From an uncultured Planctomycetaceae bacterium (lineage in GTDB: Bacteria > Planctomycetota > Planctomycetia > Pirellulales > PALSA-1355): 64,000 bases of DNA. The stretch lies in contig CAWAUV010000002.1 of the NCBI GenBank assembly GCA_963785305.1, positions 1 to 64,000 of the forward strand. The letters are read 5' to 3'. The notes beneath the pieces are model-generated. The model ran no database searches and was not told the DNA's origin. It was given only the letters and a program-made list of their open reading frames with translations. Every line of letters begins with the position of its first letter. Positions within the stretch are counted from its first letter, which is position 1. A program made the position numbers and the translations under genes. This document shows, piece after piece, positions 1 to 11,700 of this stretch.

Positions 1-759
1 CATGGCGCCGGGCTATTCGCGGCGGTGGGCGCCTTTGGCGGAGAAAACATCTTCACCGCCACCAGCGATGGAATATCGTGGAGCATGCAAAAACGGCCCA
101 ACGGCTATGCCAGCTCCCCGCGCGGCTTGACCTTTGGCGCTGGTCAGTTCGTGGCCCTGTGCGGCGATCCCGGCTCCGTCGGTTCGGCGAAACCCTATGT
201 GATGCTCTGCGCCGACGGGACTACGTGGTCGGAACCGATTTCGATCGCGGGCAAGGAGGTCTTGCGCCGGGCGGCCTGGGGCAACGAGCGGTTTGTCGCC
301 GTGGGAGACCGCGGCCGCAGGGCCACCTCGCCCGACGCTAAAACCTGGAGCGACGCGCCCAAGACCAAAGCGGCCGACACGCTCGTCGACATTGCTTATG
401 GCGCGGGCCGCTTCGTGGGCGTGGGCCTGCATGGGCTTCGCATGAGCACCGAAGACGGCCTGGAGTGGACCGATCGTCAAACCGGCGAAGAAGGCGAGCA
501 CCTCAACACGATCCTGTGGACCGGCCAAAAGTTCGTGGCCATCGGTCTCGGCGCCACGCTCCTCTCGACCGATGGCTTGCATTGGGAGCGAGTTCCCAAT
601 CACAACGCCCCGCTCGCCGTTGCCCATGGGCTCGACAAATTCATCGGCCTCAATTGGCGCGGCCGCGTGTTGATGAGCGCCGATGCCATTGCATGGCGGG
701 AAGTGTTCAAGGCGCCACAGCACCTCGAAGCCATCGCTTTCGGCAAGGCGCTGTCCTGA
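1..759 (+). CDS. Beta-propeller/BNR-like repeat protein, 5' truncated by the window edge
   Basis: Frame open from base 1. Repeated 'FVAVG...S.DG..W' motifs (GQFVALCG, ERFVAVGD, GRFVGVGL, QKFVAIGL; SxDGxxW Asp-box-like). Confidence 0.6.
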   Translation, partial: HGAGLFAAVGAFGGENIFTATSDGISWSMQKRPNGYASSPRGLTFGAGQFVALCGDPGSVGSAKPYVMLCADGTTWSEPISIAGKEVLRRAAWGNERFVAVGDRGRRATSPDAKTWSDAPKTKAADTLVDIAYGAGRFVGVGLHGLRMSTEDGLEWTDRQTGEEGEHLNTILWTGQKFVAIGLGATLLSTDGLHWERVPNHNAPLAVAHGLDKFIGLNWRGRVLMSADAIAWREVFKAPQHLEAIAFGKALS

Positions 760-816
760 GCGACATGCCTCGCGAGACTTCGTTCGGCGGCGCACGATTG
801 CGTTAGTTCGCGGCAA

Positions 817-973
817 TTAGCATCCTGTTGAAAAATGCCATCGTGGCATTTTTCGACCTCGCCAAGCGCCGAGCAAAGCTCGTCGCGGCTCGCAAAATTA
901 CGACCTGGGTCGCTATTTTGACACCGCATCCATGCGGCGGCGCATCCTGTTTAATATTTCAAGAGGCTGGTAG
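817..973. mobile_element. MITE family A (about 155 bp, IS5/IS1182-like terminal inverted repeats)
   Basis: Left end TTAG-CATCCTGTTGAAAAA; right end reverse complement CTAC-CAGCCTCTTGAAATA. Internal hairpins AAATGCCATCGTGGCATTT and CGAGCAAAGCTCG. Homologous copy at about 58176-58325. Confidence 0.65.
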
Positions 974-2977
974 GGGAAATTCGGCGGTAATCGTCGTGCC
1001 GGCGCCAGGCTCGCTTTCGATTCGCGCCGAACCTCCCAGCAATCGCGCGCGTTCGCGAATGCCTTGCAAGCCGAAATGGCTTTCGCTCGTGGCCAGGGGA
1101 TCGAAGCCCATGCCCCAATCGCGCACCGTGATTCGCAGCCGATCGCCGGTCTGCGCCAATTCGACGCTCGCCCGGCGAGCGCCGCTATGCCGGCACACAT
1201 TCGTCAGCGCTTCTTGCACGAGGCGAAACACCGCGTTTTCCAAAGGCGGCGCGAGGCGATCGAACTGCGTTTGATGCGTGAACGCGACGTCCGTCAACTG
1301 GGAGCGATGTTCGTTCACCAGATATTCGATCGCGGCGACGATCCCGGCTTCGTCGAGAATCGGCGGTCGCAAACCGGAAATCAGTCGCCGGGCTTCGCCG
1401 CCTGCGATTTCCAACAACCGCGTGCTTTCCTCGAATTCCGCGCGTTTGGGCGGCGTCAACAGGCGCCCCGCCTCGGAGGCCTCCAAATGCAACAGGGCGG
1501 CGGTGATTCGCGACATCACGCCATCGTGTATCTCATAGGCAAACAAGCTCCGCTCGCGCTCGTGGACTTCGACCAACCGCTGCAAGAACGCACGCTCTTG
1601 CCGGAGCGCCTGATCCGCGCGGCGCCGCTCGGTGATATCGCGACTCACGCCCAGCACCATCGCGGGCCGGCCGGCCGCGTCGCGATTCACGACGCTCGTG
1701 ACTTCGAAAAACCGGCTTTCGCCCGACTTCGTCACATGCTCGATCTCGAGCGGGCCGAGTTCCGCGCCGGTCAAAGCATCGGGAACACCGGAATAATGTG
1801 AAGTAAAGGCCCCCAACACGTTTTCATAAGCGCTCGGCGCCAACAGAGTCGCCAGCGACAGCTCGCACGCTTCATGAGGCGTGTAGCCCAAGAGCCGTTC
1901 GATCGCCGGGCTCACGTATTCGATGCGCGCCGCCGCGAGCGTTTCGGCGATGTGCTCGCCCGAGACCGTCGTTGGCGGCTGCTCGGGCATGCGCACCGTC
2001 CAAATAATGTCGTTCACGGTTTCGGCGATCAAGCGATGGCGGGCTTCGCTCGCGCAGAGCGCGTCCTCGGCTTCGCGGCGCTGCGTGATATCGTGAATCG
2101 AGCCCGCCATGCGCAGCGGTCGGCCGGCGGAGTCCCAGCAGCCCTGGCCCCGGCCATTGAACCAGCGGTATTCGCCGGATCGAACGCGAAGCCGATAGTC
2201 GCTATCAAAAGGCACGCGCCGCTCGATATGGTCTTCGAGCGCGCCAAACACCCGGTCGCGGTCCTCGGGGTGCAGCCGGCTGGCCCAACTCTCGAGCACC
2301 GGCGGTAACGTGCCCTCGGGGAAGCCCATGAGCGTCTGCATTTGCGGTGAATACCAAACCGGCTGCTGGGGGTCGAAATAATTCCCGCCGGGCGACACGG
2401 CGCTATGCCAAAAGCCATCGAGGGCGCCGCTCATGGCGAGCGACAAGAGTTCGGCCGAGTCGCGAAGCGCCGCTTCGCGCTCGCGCCAGGCGTTGCGCCG
2501 GCGGAGCCTCGCTTCGGCGAGCGCCAAGCGGAAGACAAGCGCGGCCGGCTCGCAAGGCGTTTCCAGATAATCGTCGATCGCGCCGCCATGCGACGGATCG
2601 AACATCGCGGCGCTGGCCAGCGCGCCCAAGACCAGGCGATAGATCGAATCATCGAATTTCGGCGACGTCCAAACCGCGCCGGGCGTCTCCCCCGAATGGC
2701 AGCTCGGCCCAATGGTCTCCGCCAGTTCCCCATCCAGAATTACGAGATCGGGTCGCACGGCGCCGACTGGCGCAGCGCTTCCTCGACCGTGGCGGCAACC
2801 CGGAACCGGTGCTCCCGGGCGAGACAGGCTGCTTCGACGGCGATTATTATTCGAGAGTCCGCGGAAACGAGCAGCGTGTCGATCACGTGGCAATCGATTC
2901 TGGAAGAATTCGGGGCGGCTTCCGGGCGCCAGGCAGTCGCATTTCGCGAAATTTCCTTGTGTTATGCGGGCTGGCAC
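959..2977 (-). CDS. PAS/PAC sensor histidine kinase (NarX/UhpB-type HisKA_3 + HATPase); true start uncertain
   Basis: PAS motifs (WASRLHPEDRDRV, GSIHDITQRR, GVSRDITERR), H-box 'AYEIHDG', N-box 'QEALTNVCRHS', G-boxes 'DWGMGF', 'FGLQGIRER'. Confidence 0.9.
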   Translation of the reverse strand: MPARITQGNFAKCDCLAPGSRPEFFQNRLPRDRHAARFRGLSNNNRRRSSLSRPGAPVPGCRHGRGSAAPVGAVRPDLVILDGELAETIGPSCHSGETPGAVWTSPKFDDSIYRLVLGALASAAMFDPSHGGAIDDYLETPCEPAALVFRLALAEARLRRRNAWREREAALRDSAELLSLAMSGALDGFWHSAVSPGGNYFDPQQPVWYSPQMQTLMGFPEGTLPPVLESWASRLHPEDRDRVFGALEDHIERRVPFDSDYRLRVRSGEYRWFNGRGQGCWDSAGRPLRMAGSIHDITQRREAEDALCASEARHRLIAETVNDIIWTVRMPEQPPTTVSGEHIAETLAAARIEYVSPAIERLLGYTPHEACELSLATLLAPSAYENVLGAFTSHYSGVPDALTGAELGPLEIEHVTKSGESRFFEVTSVVNRDAAGRPAMVLGVSRDITERRRADQALRQERAFLQRLVEVHERERSLFAYEIHDGVMSRITAALLHLEASEAGRLLTPPKRAEFEESTRLLEIAGGEARRLISGLRPPILDEAGIVAAIEYLVNEHRSQLTDVAFTHQTQFDRLAPPLENAVFRLVQEALTNVCRHSGARRASVELAQTGDRLRITVRDWGMGFDPLATSESHFGLQGIRERARLLGGSARIESEPGAGTTITAEFPLPAS

Positions 2978-2986
2978 ATGTGTTGC
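2972..2986 (+). promoter_or_regulatory. Putative sigma-54 (-24/-12) promoter
   Basis: TGGCAC-ATGTG-TTGC matches TGGCAC-N5-TTGC, in the AT-richer divergent region upstream of the response regulator. Confidence 0.45.
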
Positions 2987-3267
2987 CGGCCAATCATTCG
3001 ACGCTGGCGCGAATAATTATTCCGTTAAAATTTATTGAGTTCTTGCGACATGCGAGGCAGAAAGCAACGGCATTAATTTGTTGCGACGACCATTTAAGCC
3101 ACATGGGGGGTGCATTGCGGGGGGGATGCTGCTATTCTTGCATTAGCGGCATGCGAACTTCCCCCTCATGCAGTCGCTGCCTGCCGGTCGCTGCTTGGCG
3201 GCCTACCGCAAATCTCGCCTTCTCGGCGACGTTCTGGCTCAAAGACCCCCCGGAGGTTCTCAATTCG

Positions 3268-3900
3268 ATGACTATTAAACTACTTATCGCCGACAACCAC
3301 GAAGTCGTTCGATCTGGTCTCAAGAGTTTGGTTTCCGGCACGGATATCAAAGTGGTCGCCGAAGCCGCCACGGGTGAAGCTGCCGTGCGACTCGCGCTCA
3401 AACACGAACCCGATGTCGTGCTGCTGGATATTCGCATGCCCGAGGGCGATGGTCTCAATGCCCTGGGGCGGATCAAGCTCGAACGGCCCGACATGCCGGT
3501 CTTGATTCTCTCGACCTATGACAATCCGACCTATGTGGCTCGCGCCGTGGCGCTCGGGGCCAATGGCTATCTCCTCAAGGGCGCGAGCCGCGACAAACTC
3601 ATGGAAGCGATTCGCCTAGCTGCCCAGGGCCAAACCTCCTGGACGCGCGAGGAACTGCGGCGCGTGACCGGAGCGCTCGCCACGCCGCGACTGGCCGGCG
3701 ATGTGGAAGTGCCACTCACGCAGCGCGAAAGCGAAGTGCTTCGGCAACTGGCCCACGGCCTGACGAACAAGGAAATCGCGCTGGCCTTGCACATTAGCTA
3801 CGAAACGGTCAAGGAGCATGTGCAGCACATTTTGCGCAAGATCGGCGTCTCCGACCGCACCCAAGCGGCCGTGTGGGCGGTGAGGAAAGGCTTGGTGTAG
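3268..3900 (+). CDS. NarL/LuxR-family response regulator
   Basis: Receiver domain 'KLLIADNHEVVRSGL...DVVLLDIRMP...GANGYLLKG' and LuxR HTH 'LTQRESEVLRQLAHGLTNKEIALALHISYETVKEHVQHILRKIGV'. ATG at 3268. Confidence 0.93.
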   Translation: MTIKLLIADNHEVVRSGLKSLVSGTDIKVVAEAATGEAAVRLALKHEPDVVLLDIRMPEGDGLNALGRIKLERPDMPVLILSTYDNPTYVARAVALGANGYLLKGASRDKLMEAIRLAAQGQTSWTREELRRVTGALATPRLAGDVEVPLTQRESEVLRQLAHGLTNKEIALALHISYETVKEHVQHILRKIGVSDRTQAAVWAVRKGLV

Positions 3901-4077
3901 TCGGTCCGCCCAAGCCCACTGCCCGCGGTGTGCGCCTCGCGGCGCATTGTCCGCCGCCGCCGAACGATCATCGCGAGTTGCTCTCGCATCACTCGCGAGG
4001 ATATCCCATCCCATTATCATGGGGACCCGTTCCACCGTGGGGGGCAACCAGGGGCACACCGTGAAAGGCGAGTTCAG

Positions 4078-5894
4078 ATGAACGGAATCCCATCCCCGCG
4101 TGAAATCGTGAGGCTACTCGCTGGGGCTGTTGCGGGCGTCGTCTTTTGCGGTATCGCGGCAGCGCAAACGAAACACGGGGCCTCGCCGCAATCGCGCGAG
4201 CCTTTGAACCGCGAGCCTTTGAATATCGTCGTGATTCTGGCCGACGATCAGGGCTGGGGAGACCTCGGCATCAACGGCAACCCGAACCTGGCCACCCCCA
4301 ACATCGATTCGCTCGCTCGCGACGGCGCGATGTTCGAGCATTTCTATGTCTGCCCGGTTTGTGCTCCAACCCGTGCCGAGTTTCTCACCGGGCGATATCA
4401 CGCGCGGGGCGGCGTGCGGGGCGTGTCGACGGGGCTCGAACGGCTCGCGCCCGGCGTCAAAACCATTGCCGACACTTTCAAGGCCGCGGGCTATGCGACC
4501 GCCTTGTTCGGCAAATGGCACAACGGCAGCCAGTGGCCCTATCATCCCAATGCCCGCGGGTTCGACGAGTTTTACGGATTCACCTCCGGCCATTGGGGCG
4601 AATATTTCGATCCGTGGCTGGAACACAACAGCGAACCCGTCCGCGGCAAGGGATACATTTCCGATGACCTCACGAATCACGCGCTCGACTTCATCGAGCA
4701 CCACAAAGCAGCGCCCTTCTTCTGCTACTTGGCGTTCAACACCCCCCACTCGCCGTTCTGCGTGCCCGACGCTTATTGGGACCGGCTCAAGGATCGCCCG
4801 ATTTCGCTTCGCGGCAAGGATGGCGAGAAGGAAGACCTGCCGGTCACCCGCGAGGCCCTGGCGATGTGCGAGAACATGGACTGGAACGTTGGTCGGGTGC
4901 TGAAAAAGCTCGACGCGTTGAAACTCGCCGAAAACACGGTCGTCGTCTATTTCTCCGACAATGGCCCGAATAGTTGGCGTTGGAACGGCGCGATGAAAGG
5001 CCGCAAGGGCTCGACCGACGAGGGCGGCGTTCGGTCGCCGCTTTTCATGCGCTGGCCGGGTAAGATCAAGGCTGGCACGAGGATTTCCAACATCGCCGGG
5101 GCGATCGACCTTTTGCCGACACTGGCCACCATGGCGGCAGCGCACCCTGGTCGGCGCCGACTCGCTCGACGGCCTCGACCTATCCCCGCTGCTGCGAGGC
5201 GATGCCCAGGCGTGGCCCGACCGCGTGCTCATCCACCAATATGAGCGGCAACTCAGCATTCGCAGCCAGCGTTTTCGGCTCGACACGAAGGGAATGCTGT
5301 TCGATATGGAAGCCGACCCGGGCCAGACCAAACCGATCGACAATCCAGAAGTCGCCAAACGGCTCCAGCGAGCCGCCGCCGACTGGCGCGCCTCCTTGCC
5401 CGCGCCACAAGAAAACTCGCCGTTCACGGTCGGATACCCCGGCTCGACAACGACGCCCCTGCCGGCCCGCGACGGCGTGGAGCATGGCCACGTCCGCCGC
5501 AGCGCCCAGGCGCCCAACTGTTCATACTTCACGAACTGGATCTCGCCCGAGGACTCGATGACCTGGCATATCGCGGTCGAGACTCCCGGCGACTATGAGG
5601 CGTCGATCTCCTACACATGCCCGGCGGCGGACGTTGGCTCAACCGTCGAGCTCAGCTTCGGCGGCAGTACGGCGACCGGCAAGATCACCGCGCCCTGGGA
5701 CCCGAACTTGAACACGAACGAAGATCGCGTGCCCCGCAAGGGAGAATCGTACCAAAAGGAATTTCGCGAACTAAAACTCGGCGAATTCCGGCTCGACGAA
5801 GGGCACGGTTTGCTGACGCTGCGCGAGCGAAGTGCCCGGCGAGCAGGTAGGCGACATTCGGCAGGTCACGCTCACGCTGAGAAAAGAGAAGTGA
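4078..5894 (+). CDS. Secreted arylsulfatase (formylglycine-dependent), frameshifted at about 5140 and 5825
   Basis: '[14 protein letters not shown]', CxPxR signature '[13 protein letters not shown]', 'FGKWH', 'FSDNG'. Continues in ORF 5225 and ends '...VTLTLRKEK*'. Confidence 0.88.
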
Positions 5895-5962
5895 GCGAGC
5901 ACCAGGGAGCGTTTGCGTGGCGCGTCCTAACACGAGCGAAGTTGGGGCGCCCGAGCGCGGCG

Positions 5963-6139
5963 TTAGTGCTCCTTCACGGCTCTGAACTGATGGATAATTC
6001 GGTTCGCGCGTGTGCCATGCCCACTGCCTTGAGTGGGCCTGTTTTCAAGCGCCACGCGAAGTCCTCATGCCCACGCAGGGCCGTGGGCATGGCACACGGA
6101 ACGAATCCAATCCGTCATTTCAACAGTGACAAAGCGCTT
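5963..6139. mobile_element. MITE family B carrying a doublet of CATGCCCAC...GTGGGCATG REP-like hairpins
   Basis: Aligns along its length with the reverse complement of 43709-43877. Degenerate ends TTAGTGCTCCTTCAC / GTGACAAAGCGCTT. Lies between convergent genes. Confidence 0.7.
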
Positions 6140-6238
6140 GCCGGTGATTGAAAGCGAGCGACTTCGCCCTGCCGCCGCCCACCATGCCGCTGCCCATTTT
6201 CGGGGGCGGCGCCACACGCCCCATCGGCTCGGCGCGGA

Positions 6239-8074
6239 TCACTCCTTGCGCCGGGCCGCCTTCTTGCGCTCGTTTTCCGAAAGCAGCATTTTGCGGAGCC
6301 GAATCTTACTCGGAGTGACTTCCACCATTTCGTCGTCTTCGATGTATTCGAGCGCCGATTCGAGCGTGAGAATGCGCGGCGGCTTGAGCAGGATATTGCG
6401 ATCGCTGCCGGTGGCCCGCATGTTGGTGAGCTTCTTTTCCTTCGTGGGATTGACCGACATGTCTTCGGCCCGGGCATTTTCGCCCACGATCATGCCTTCA
6501 TAGACGACTTCGCCCGGCGCGATGAAAAGCTCGGCCCGCTCCTGAAGCCCATCGAGCCCAAAGGCCACGGCTCGGCCCGAGGTCATGCTGACCAGCACTC
6601 CGTTGGGCCGGCCGGCGATCGCGCTTTCCATCGGGCGATAGCCCTCGAACCGGTGGTGCAAGATCGCCGTGCCTTGCGTGGCATTGAGCAATCGAGTGCG
6701 CAGTCCGATCAGCCCCCGGGCGGGAATCGTGAACATCACATGGGCATAATCGCCGCGGGTATTCATTTCGACCATTTGGGCCCGCCGGGCGCCGACCATC
6801 TCCATGACCGCGCCGAGCCGATCGTGGGGCACTTCGACCACGAGCGATTCAAACGGCTCTTCCTCGCGCCCCTCGCGGCGGCGCAAGATCACTTGCGGCT
6901 TGCCGATCGACATTTCATAACCTTCGCGGCGCATGGTTTCGATCAGCACCGAGATATGCAAGAGGCCGCGGCCCGACACCGAAAACGCATCGCTGCCCAC
7001 GATCGGCTCGACGCGCATCGCCACATTTCGCTCGAGCTCCTTCATGAGCCGATCGCGCAGATGGCGATTGGTCACATATTTGCCTTCTTGCCCGGCGAGC
7101 GGCGAGTTGTTGACCGAGAAGACCATTTGCAGGGTCGGCTCGTCGACTTCCACTCGCGGCAGAGCGCGGGGCGTGAGCGCGTCGCAAATCGTGTCGCCGA
7201 TCTCCACGCCCGTCAGGCCCACGATCGCCACGATCTCGCCGGCTTCGGCGGTTTGGGCTTCGGCCCGGCCGAGCTTGTCGAAGATATAGAGCGTGGTGAC
7301 GCGACCATTGGTGATTTTGCCATCGGCCTGCACCAGCGCCACGGATTGGCCCTTGCTCACGCGGCCCGAAAACACGCGACCCACGGCGATGCGGCCCACA
7401 TAGTCGGACCAGTCGAGCGTGGTGCAGAGCATTTGCAGCGGCGACTCGGGATCGACCTCGGGCCCGGGAATTCTTTCCAGCACCAAGTCCAAGAGCGGCC
7501 GCAGGTCGCCGCTTCGCGCCGCGGGGTCATGCGAGGCGTAGCCATCGCGCCCACTGGCGAAAACATAAGGAAAGTCGGCCAGCGTGTCGTCGGCGCCCAA
7601 CTCGACGAAGAGATCGAAAATCTCGTCGAGAATCTCGCTCGGCCGGGCATCGGGGCGATCGATCTTGTTGATGACCACCAGCGGCTGCAAACCGGTCTCG
7701 AAGGCTTTGCGAAGCACGAATCGGGTTTGCGGCAACGGGCCCTCGGCGGCGTCGACCAGCACCAAGGCGCCATCGGCCATGCGAAGCACGCGTTCGACTT
7801 CGCCGCCGAAATCGGCGTGGCCCGGCGTGTCGATCACATTGATTTTCACGCCTTGATAATGCACCGCGATATTCTTGGCGAGAATCGTGATTCCGCGTTC
7901 GCGCTCGAGCTCGTTCGAATCGAGAATGCAACTGCCCACGAGTTGACTTTCGCGAAACTCGCCACTTTGACGCAGCAGGCAATCGACCAGCGTGGTCTTG
8001 CCATGGTCGACGTGGGCAATGATCGCGATATTGCGCAGATCGGCGCGGTGCGCGCGCTTCACGACTTCGGGCAT
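6239..8074 (-). CDS. typA: Translational GTPase TypA/BipA
   Basis: '[18 protein letters not shown]', '[12 protein letters not shown]', '[14 protein letters not shown]', 'NKID', C-terminal '[12 protein letters not shown]...[11 protein letters not shown]'. Confidence 0.97.
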   Translation of the reverse strand: MPEVVKRAHRADLRNIAIIAHVDHGKTTLVDCLLRQSGEFRESQLVGSCILDSNELERERGITILAKNIAVHYQGVKINVIDTPGHADFGGEVERVLRMADGALVLVDAAEGPLPQTRFVLRKAFETGLQPLVVINKIDRPDARPSEILDEIFDLFVELGADDTLADFPYVFASGRDGYASHDPAARSGDLRPLLDLVLERIPGPEVDPESPLQMLCTTLDWSDYVGRIAVGRVFSGRVSKGQSVALVQADGKITNGRVTTLYIFDKLGRAEAQTAEAGEIVAIVGLTGVEIGDTICDALTPRALPRVEVDEPTLQMVFSVNNSPLAGQEGKYVTNRHLRDRLMKELERNVAMRVEPIVGSDAFSVSGRGLLHISVLIETMRREGYEMSIGKPQVILRRREGREEEPFESLVVEVPHDRLGAVMEMVGARRAQMVEMNTRGDYAHVMFTIPARGLIGLRTRLLNATQGTAILHHRFEGYRPMESAIAGRPNGVLVSMTSGRAVAFGLDGLQERAELFIAPGEVVYEGMIVGENARAEDMSVNPTKEKKLTNMRATGSDRNILLKPPRILTLESALEYIEDDEMVEVTPSKIRLRKMLLSENERKKAARRKE

Positions 8075-8648
8075 TTCACTCGTAACGCCAGCCAAATCCA
8101 ACCTCCCCGCGCACATAAGCCAAGCGCGGTCAAAGACCGTGGAAACACAACACCTATGGGCCGGCGCCCTCGATCGATTTGCGGCGCGGCGTGAAATATC
8201 GTCGCGTCGACGCCACGGCCACCGCCACACGGCGGTTCGGACCGCATCTCGCCGGGATGCTGAGAAACCGACGCTACCGGCTCCTTGGTCCGCGCCGAAT
8301 CATTTGCGTCGCGATTTCGCCTATCGCGATTTCGCCTGTCGGGAAAAATCCTCGCGCCGACGCATGGCGGCAACGCGAATCCGGCCCACGACGCGAAGTC
8401 CCTGGAACACCCGCCCGAAACCGTTCGGGCCGCCACCGCCGACGACACTCGACCGGTCCCAGGGATCCATTCCGCGTCGACGGCATCTCGTGACAATCAG
8501 TCCTGGATTGTAGAAACAACCGCGGCGAGCGACAAGCCGTTTCGCCGCGTGGTTGCGGATGTGCGGATGTCCGCGATGAGATGGGCGCCCAGGGCCCGTC
8601 GGCAAAATGCGATAAAAATACGGGGCGCGGCCGCGATTCGGGCGCGCG

Positions 8649-8677
8649 TTGACACTCTTGGGTGGCATACCTACCAT
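8649..8677 (+). promoter_or_regulatory. Sigma-70-type promoter of the glucan synthase gene
   Basis: TTGACA-17 bp-TACCAT, about 75 bp upstream of ATG 8753. Confidence 0.55.
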
Positions 8678-8752
8678 CAAACTCAGCTTAATCGGCGGAA
8701 TCCTGCGCCTTTTGCGAGACCGTCGCCCCCACGAGGGCCCATCAGAGTGACG

Positions 8753-11700
8753 ATGAGCGACATCAAGAACGGCGCCCCCCCACGCGCCAAACGCAGGCTG
8801 TTCGCCCGTCACGCCAAGCCGGTGCTTTCGCGGCTCGACGAACAGCCGGCCCGGGCCGAATTCTTGAGCCTCGATCAGCTCGAACGTCATGCCCGAGCGT
8901 TGGCCAACTGGCACCATATCGCGCTCAAGCCGCAGCGAGACAAACTTCTACCGCGACTGGCCGAAAACGCGGAAGTGATCGAGCTCATCTACGCCGAGCT
9001 CAACGAAGCGCTCGGCGCCGGTCGTCCGGTCGTGCCCGCCGCCGAATGGTTGCTCGACAATTATTACATGGTCGAGAACCAGGTGAATCTTGCCCGCCAG
9101 CATTTGCCGCGCGGCTATAGCCTGGAGCTTCCGCAAGTGGCCGGCGGCTCGGGTGATGGTTTGCCCCGGGTCTATGAAATGGCCATGGAGCTGATTCGCA
9201 AGGTCGATGGCCTGCTGGACCTGGAGAACCTGCGCAAGTTCGTCTCGGCTTATCAATCGGTGGCCACGCTCAACCTCGGCGAGTTGTGGGCGATTCCGAT
9301 CATGCTGCGGCTGGCGATCATCGAGAACTTGCGGCAAGTGACGCTGCGGATCTATTGGCAACAGCGCGACCAAGAGCTCGCCGCGGAATGGGCCCAGCAG
9401 CTCTCGAACGTGAGCGAGCAGAATCCGCGCGATCTGATCGTGCTCTTGGCGCGGCTCGTGGACAGCGCTCCGCCGCTCACGAGCAGTTTCGTCATGGAGC
9501 TCGTGCAGCGGTTGCAGGGCCGGATCGATCCCTCCGGCATGGTTCGCAAGTGGCTTGAGTTTCGCCTCGCCGAACAAGGCCAGACGATCGATCAACTGAT
9601 CGCCGCCGAGACCCAAGCCCGCGCGGCCGATCACGGCGCTATCGGCAATACGATCACGAGTCTTCGCTCGCTGGGAGTGCTCGACTGGAAAAAATTCGTC
9701 GAGGAACAAAGCGCCGTCGACCGAGTGCTGAAGACCGATCCGCAAGGCGCCTATCCGCGAATGGGCTTCGCCAGTCGCGATCGCTATCGCCATGTGGTCG
9801 AGGAAATCGCGAGGCGCAGCCTGCGCAGCGAAGAGCAAATTGCCCGCGTGGCGATCGAAATGGCGACCGACGCCTCGAAAGGCCACCCGACCGGCCGCGC
9901 CGACTTGCCCTCGGGCCGCGCCTCGCGGGAATATATCGAGCTCACTTCGCACGTGGGCTATTATCTGGTCGATTCGGGCCGACGGTTGCTCGAGCGGAGC
10001 GTTGGCTATCGGCCGCGACTGCGGCATGTGGTCGTCAATTTCGCCCGCCGCTTTCCCTTGCCGCTCTATCTGATCGCGATCTCGATCGTGAGCCTGACGA
10101 TGGCCGGCGCCGTGTTCGCGGGCGCGTGGGCCATGGGACTCTCCGCGGCGCCGCTTTGGCTTTCGATCACGGTGATCGCGCTCACGTTGTTTTACGCGAC
10201 GCACCCCGCGCTCACTTTTATCAACTGGATCGGGTCCCGCTGGGTCCAGCCTCGGTTCATCGAGCGGCTCGACCTTTCGGAAGGGATTCCGGTCGAGTTC
10301 AAGACCATGGTGGTCGTGCCCACGATGCTTTCGAGCCCGGCGAGCGCGGCGTCGTTGGTCGAACACCTCGAGCTGCGTTACCTGGGCAACCGCGACCGGC
10401 GCCTTTCATTCGCGTTGCTCACTGATTTTCCCGACGCCGATCAGGAACACTTGCCCACGGACGACGAGGCGCTCCGCGAGGCATCGCGGCGCATCGAGGA
10501 GCTCAACGCCAAATATCGCGGCGAGGGGCCGGATATCTTCTTTCTGTTCCATCGCCCCCGGCTGTTCAATCCGCAAGAAGGCGCGTGGATGGCTCGCGAA
10601 CGGAAGCGGGGCAAGCTCGACGATGTGAACCGGCTGCTGCGCGGCGACGGACAATCGGCCTTCAGCCACACCGCGGGCGATCTCACGCAACTTAGCGGCA
10701 CGCGCTACGTGATCACGCTCGACACCGACACGCAGCTTCCGCGCGACGCCGCGGTCGAAATGATCGGCTGCATGGCCCATCCGCTGAATCGGCCGGTGTA
10801 CGACGAAAAACTGGGACGCGTGGTGCGCGGCTACTCGATCTTGCAGCCGCGCGTGAGCGTGTCGATGCCCGACGCGAATCGTTCGCTGTACACGCGTCTG
10901 TTCGCGGGCGATCCGGGAATCGATCCCTACACGATGCAAGTCAGCAACGTGTATCAGGATTTTTTCGGCGAGGGGAGCTTCATCGGCAAAGGCATCTACG
11001 ATCTGCGGATGTTCGATGATGTGCTCCGCGGCCGATTTCCCGACAACCGCATTCTGAGCCACGACCTGATCGAAGGCTGCTATGTGCGGAGCGGTCTGAT
11101 CAACAATGTCGAACTGTTCGAGGGCTTTCCGGCCAGTTACTTGAGCGACGCCAGCCGCCGGCATCGCTGGGTGCGCGGCGACTGGCAAGTCGCGGGCTGG
11201 ATCCTCCCGAGCTGGATGGGGCTCAGTTCGCCCAATGCCGGCTCGATCTCGCTGCTCAGCCGTTGGAAGCTGTTCGACAATCTTCGCCGCAGCGCCGTGG
11301 CGCCGGCGCTCGTGTTGCTTCTGGCCGCTTGTTGGATCTCGGGGCGCCACGCGGCTTGGTATTTCACCGCCGCGCTGATGGCGCTGTTCTTCAGCCCGCA
11401 AATCATCGAATGGCTGGCCAGCGTGCTTTCGCAACCGGCGCCGTGGTTGTGGCTGCTGCGCGCCCAATTGATGGGACTGTGGAATCGGCTTTCGACGGCG
11501 GCGTTTGCCCTGGCGCTCGCGCCGTATGAAGCCTACTGCAATCTCAACGCGACGGTCGTCACGCTCTATCGCCTCTTCGTGTCGCGCCGCAAGCTCTTGC
11601 AATGGACCACGAGTCACGACGCGGAACTCAAAGTCGCTCGCACGCTGCGCGGCCACTACGACCTGATGCGCATCGGCCCCACGCTCGCGATCGCGCTCGG

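Noticed and set aside
2347..3267. Long N-terminal extension of the response regulator ORF
   Set aside because: It overlaps the kinase on the opposite strand and is Arg-rich shadow sequence. The receiver domain starts at 3268.
8285..8752. N-terminal extension of the glucan synthase ORF
   Set aside because: It contains a good promoter at 8649-8677 and no recognisable protein sequence.
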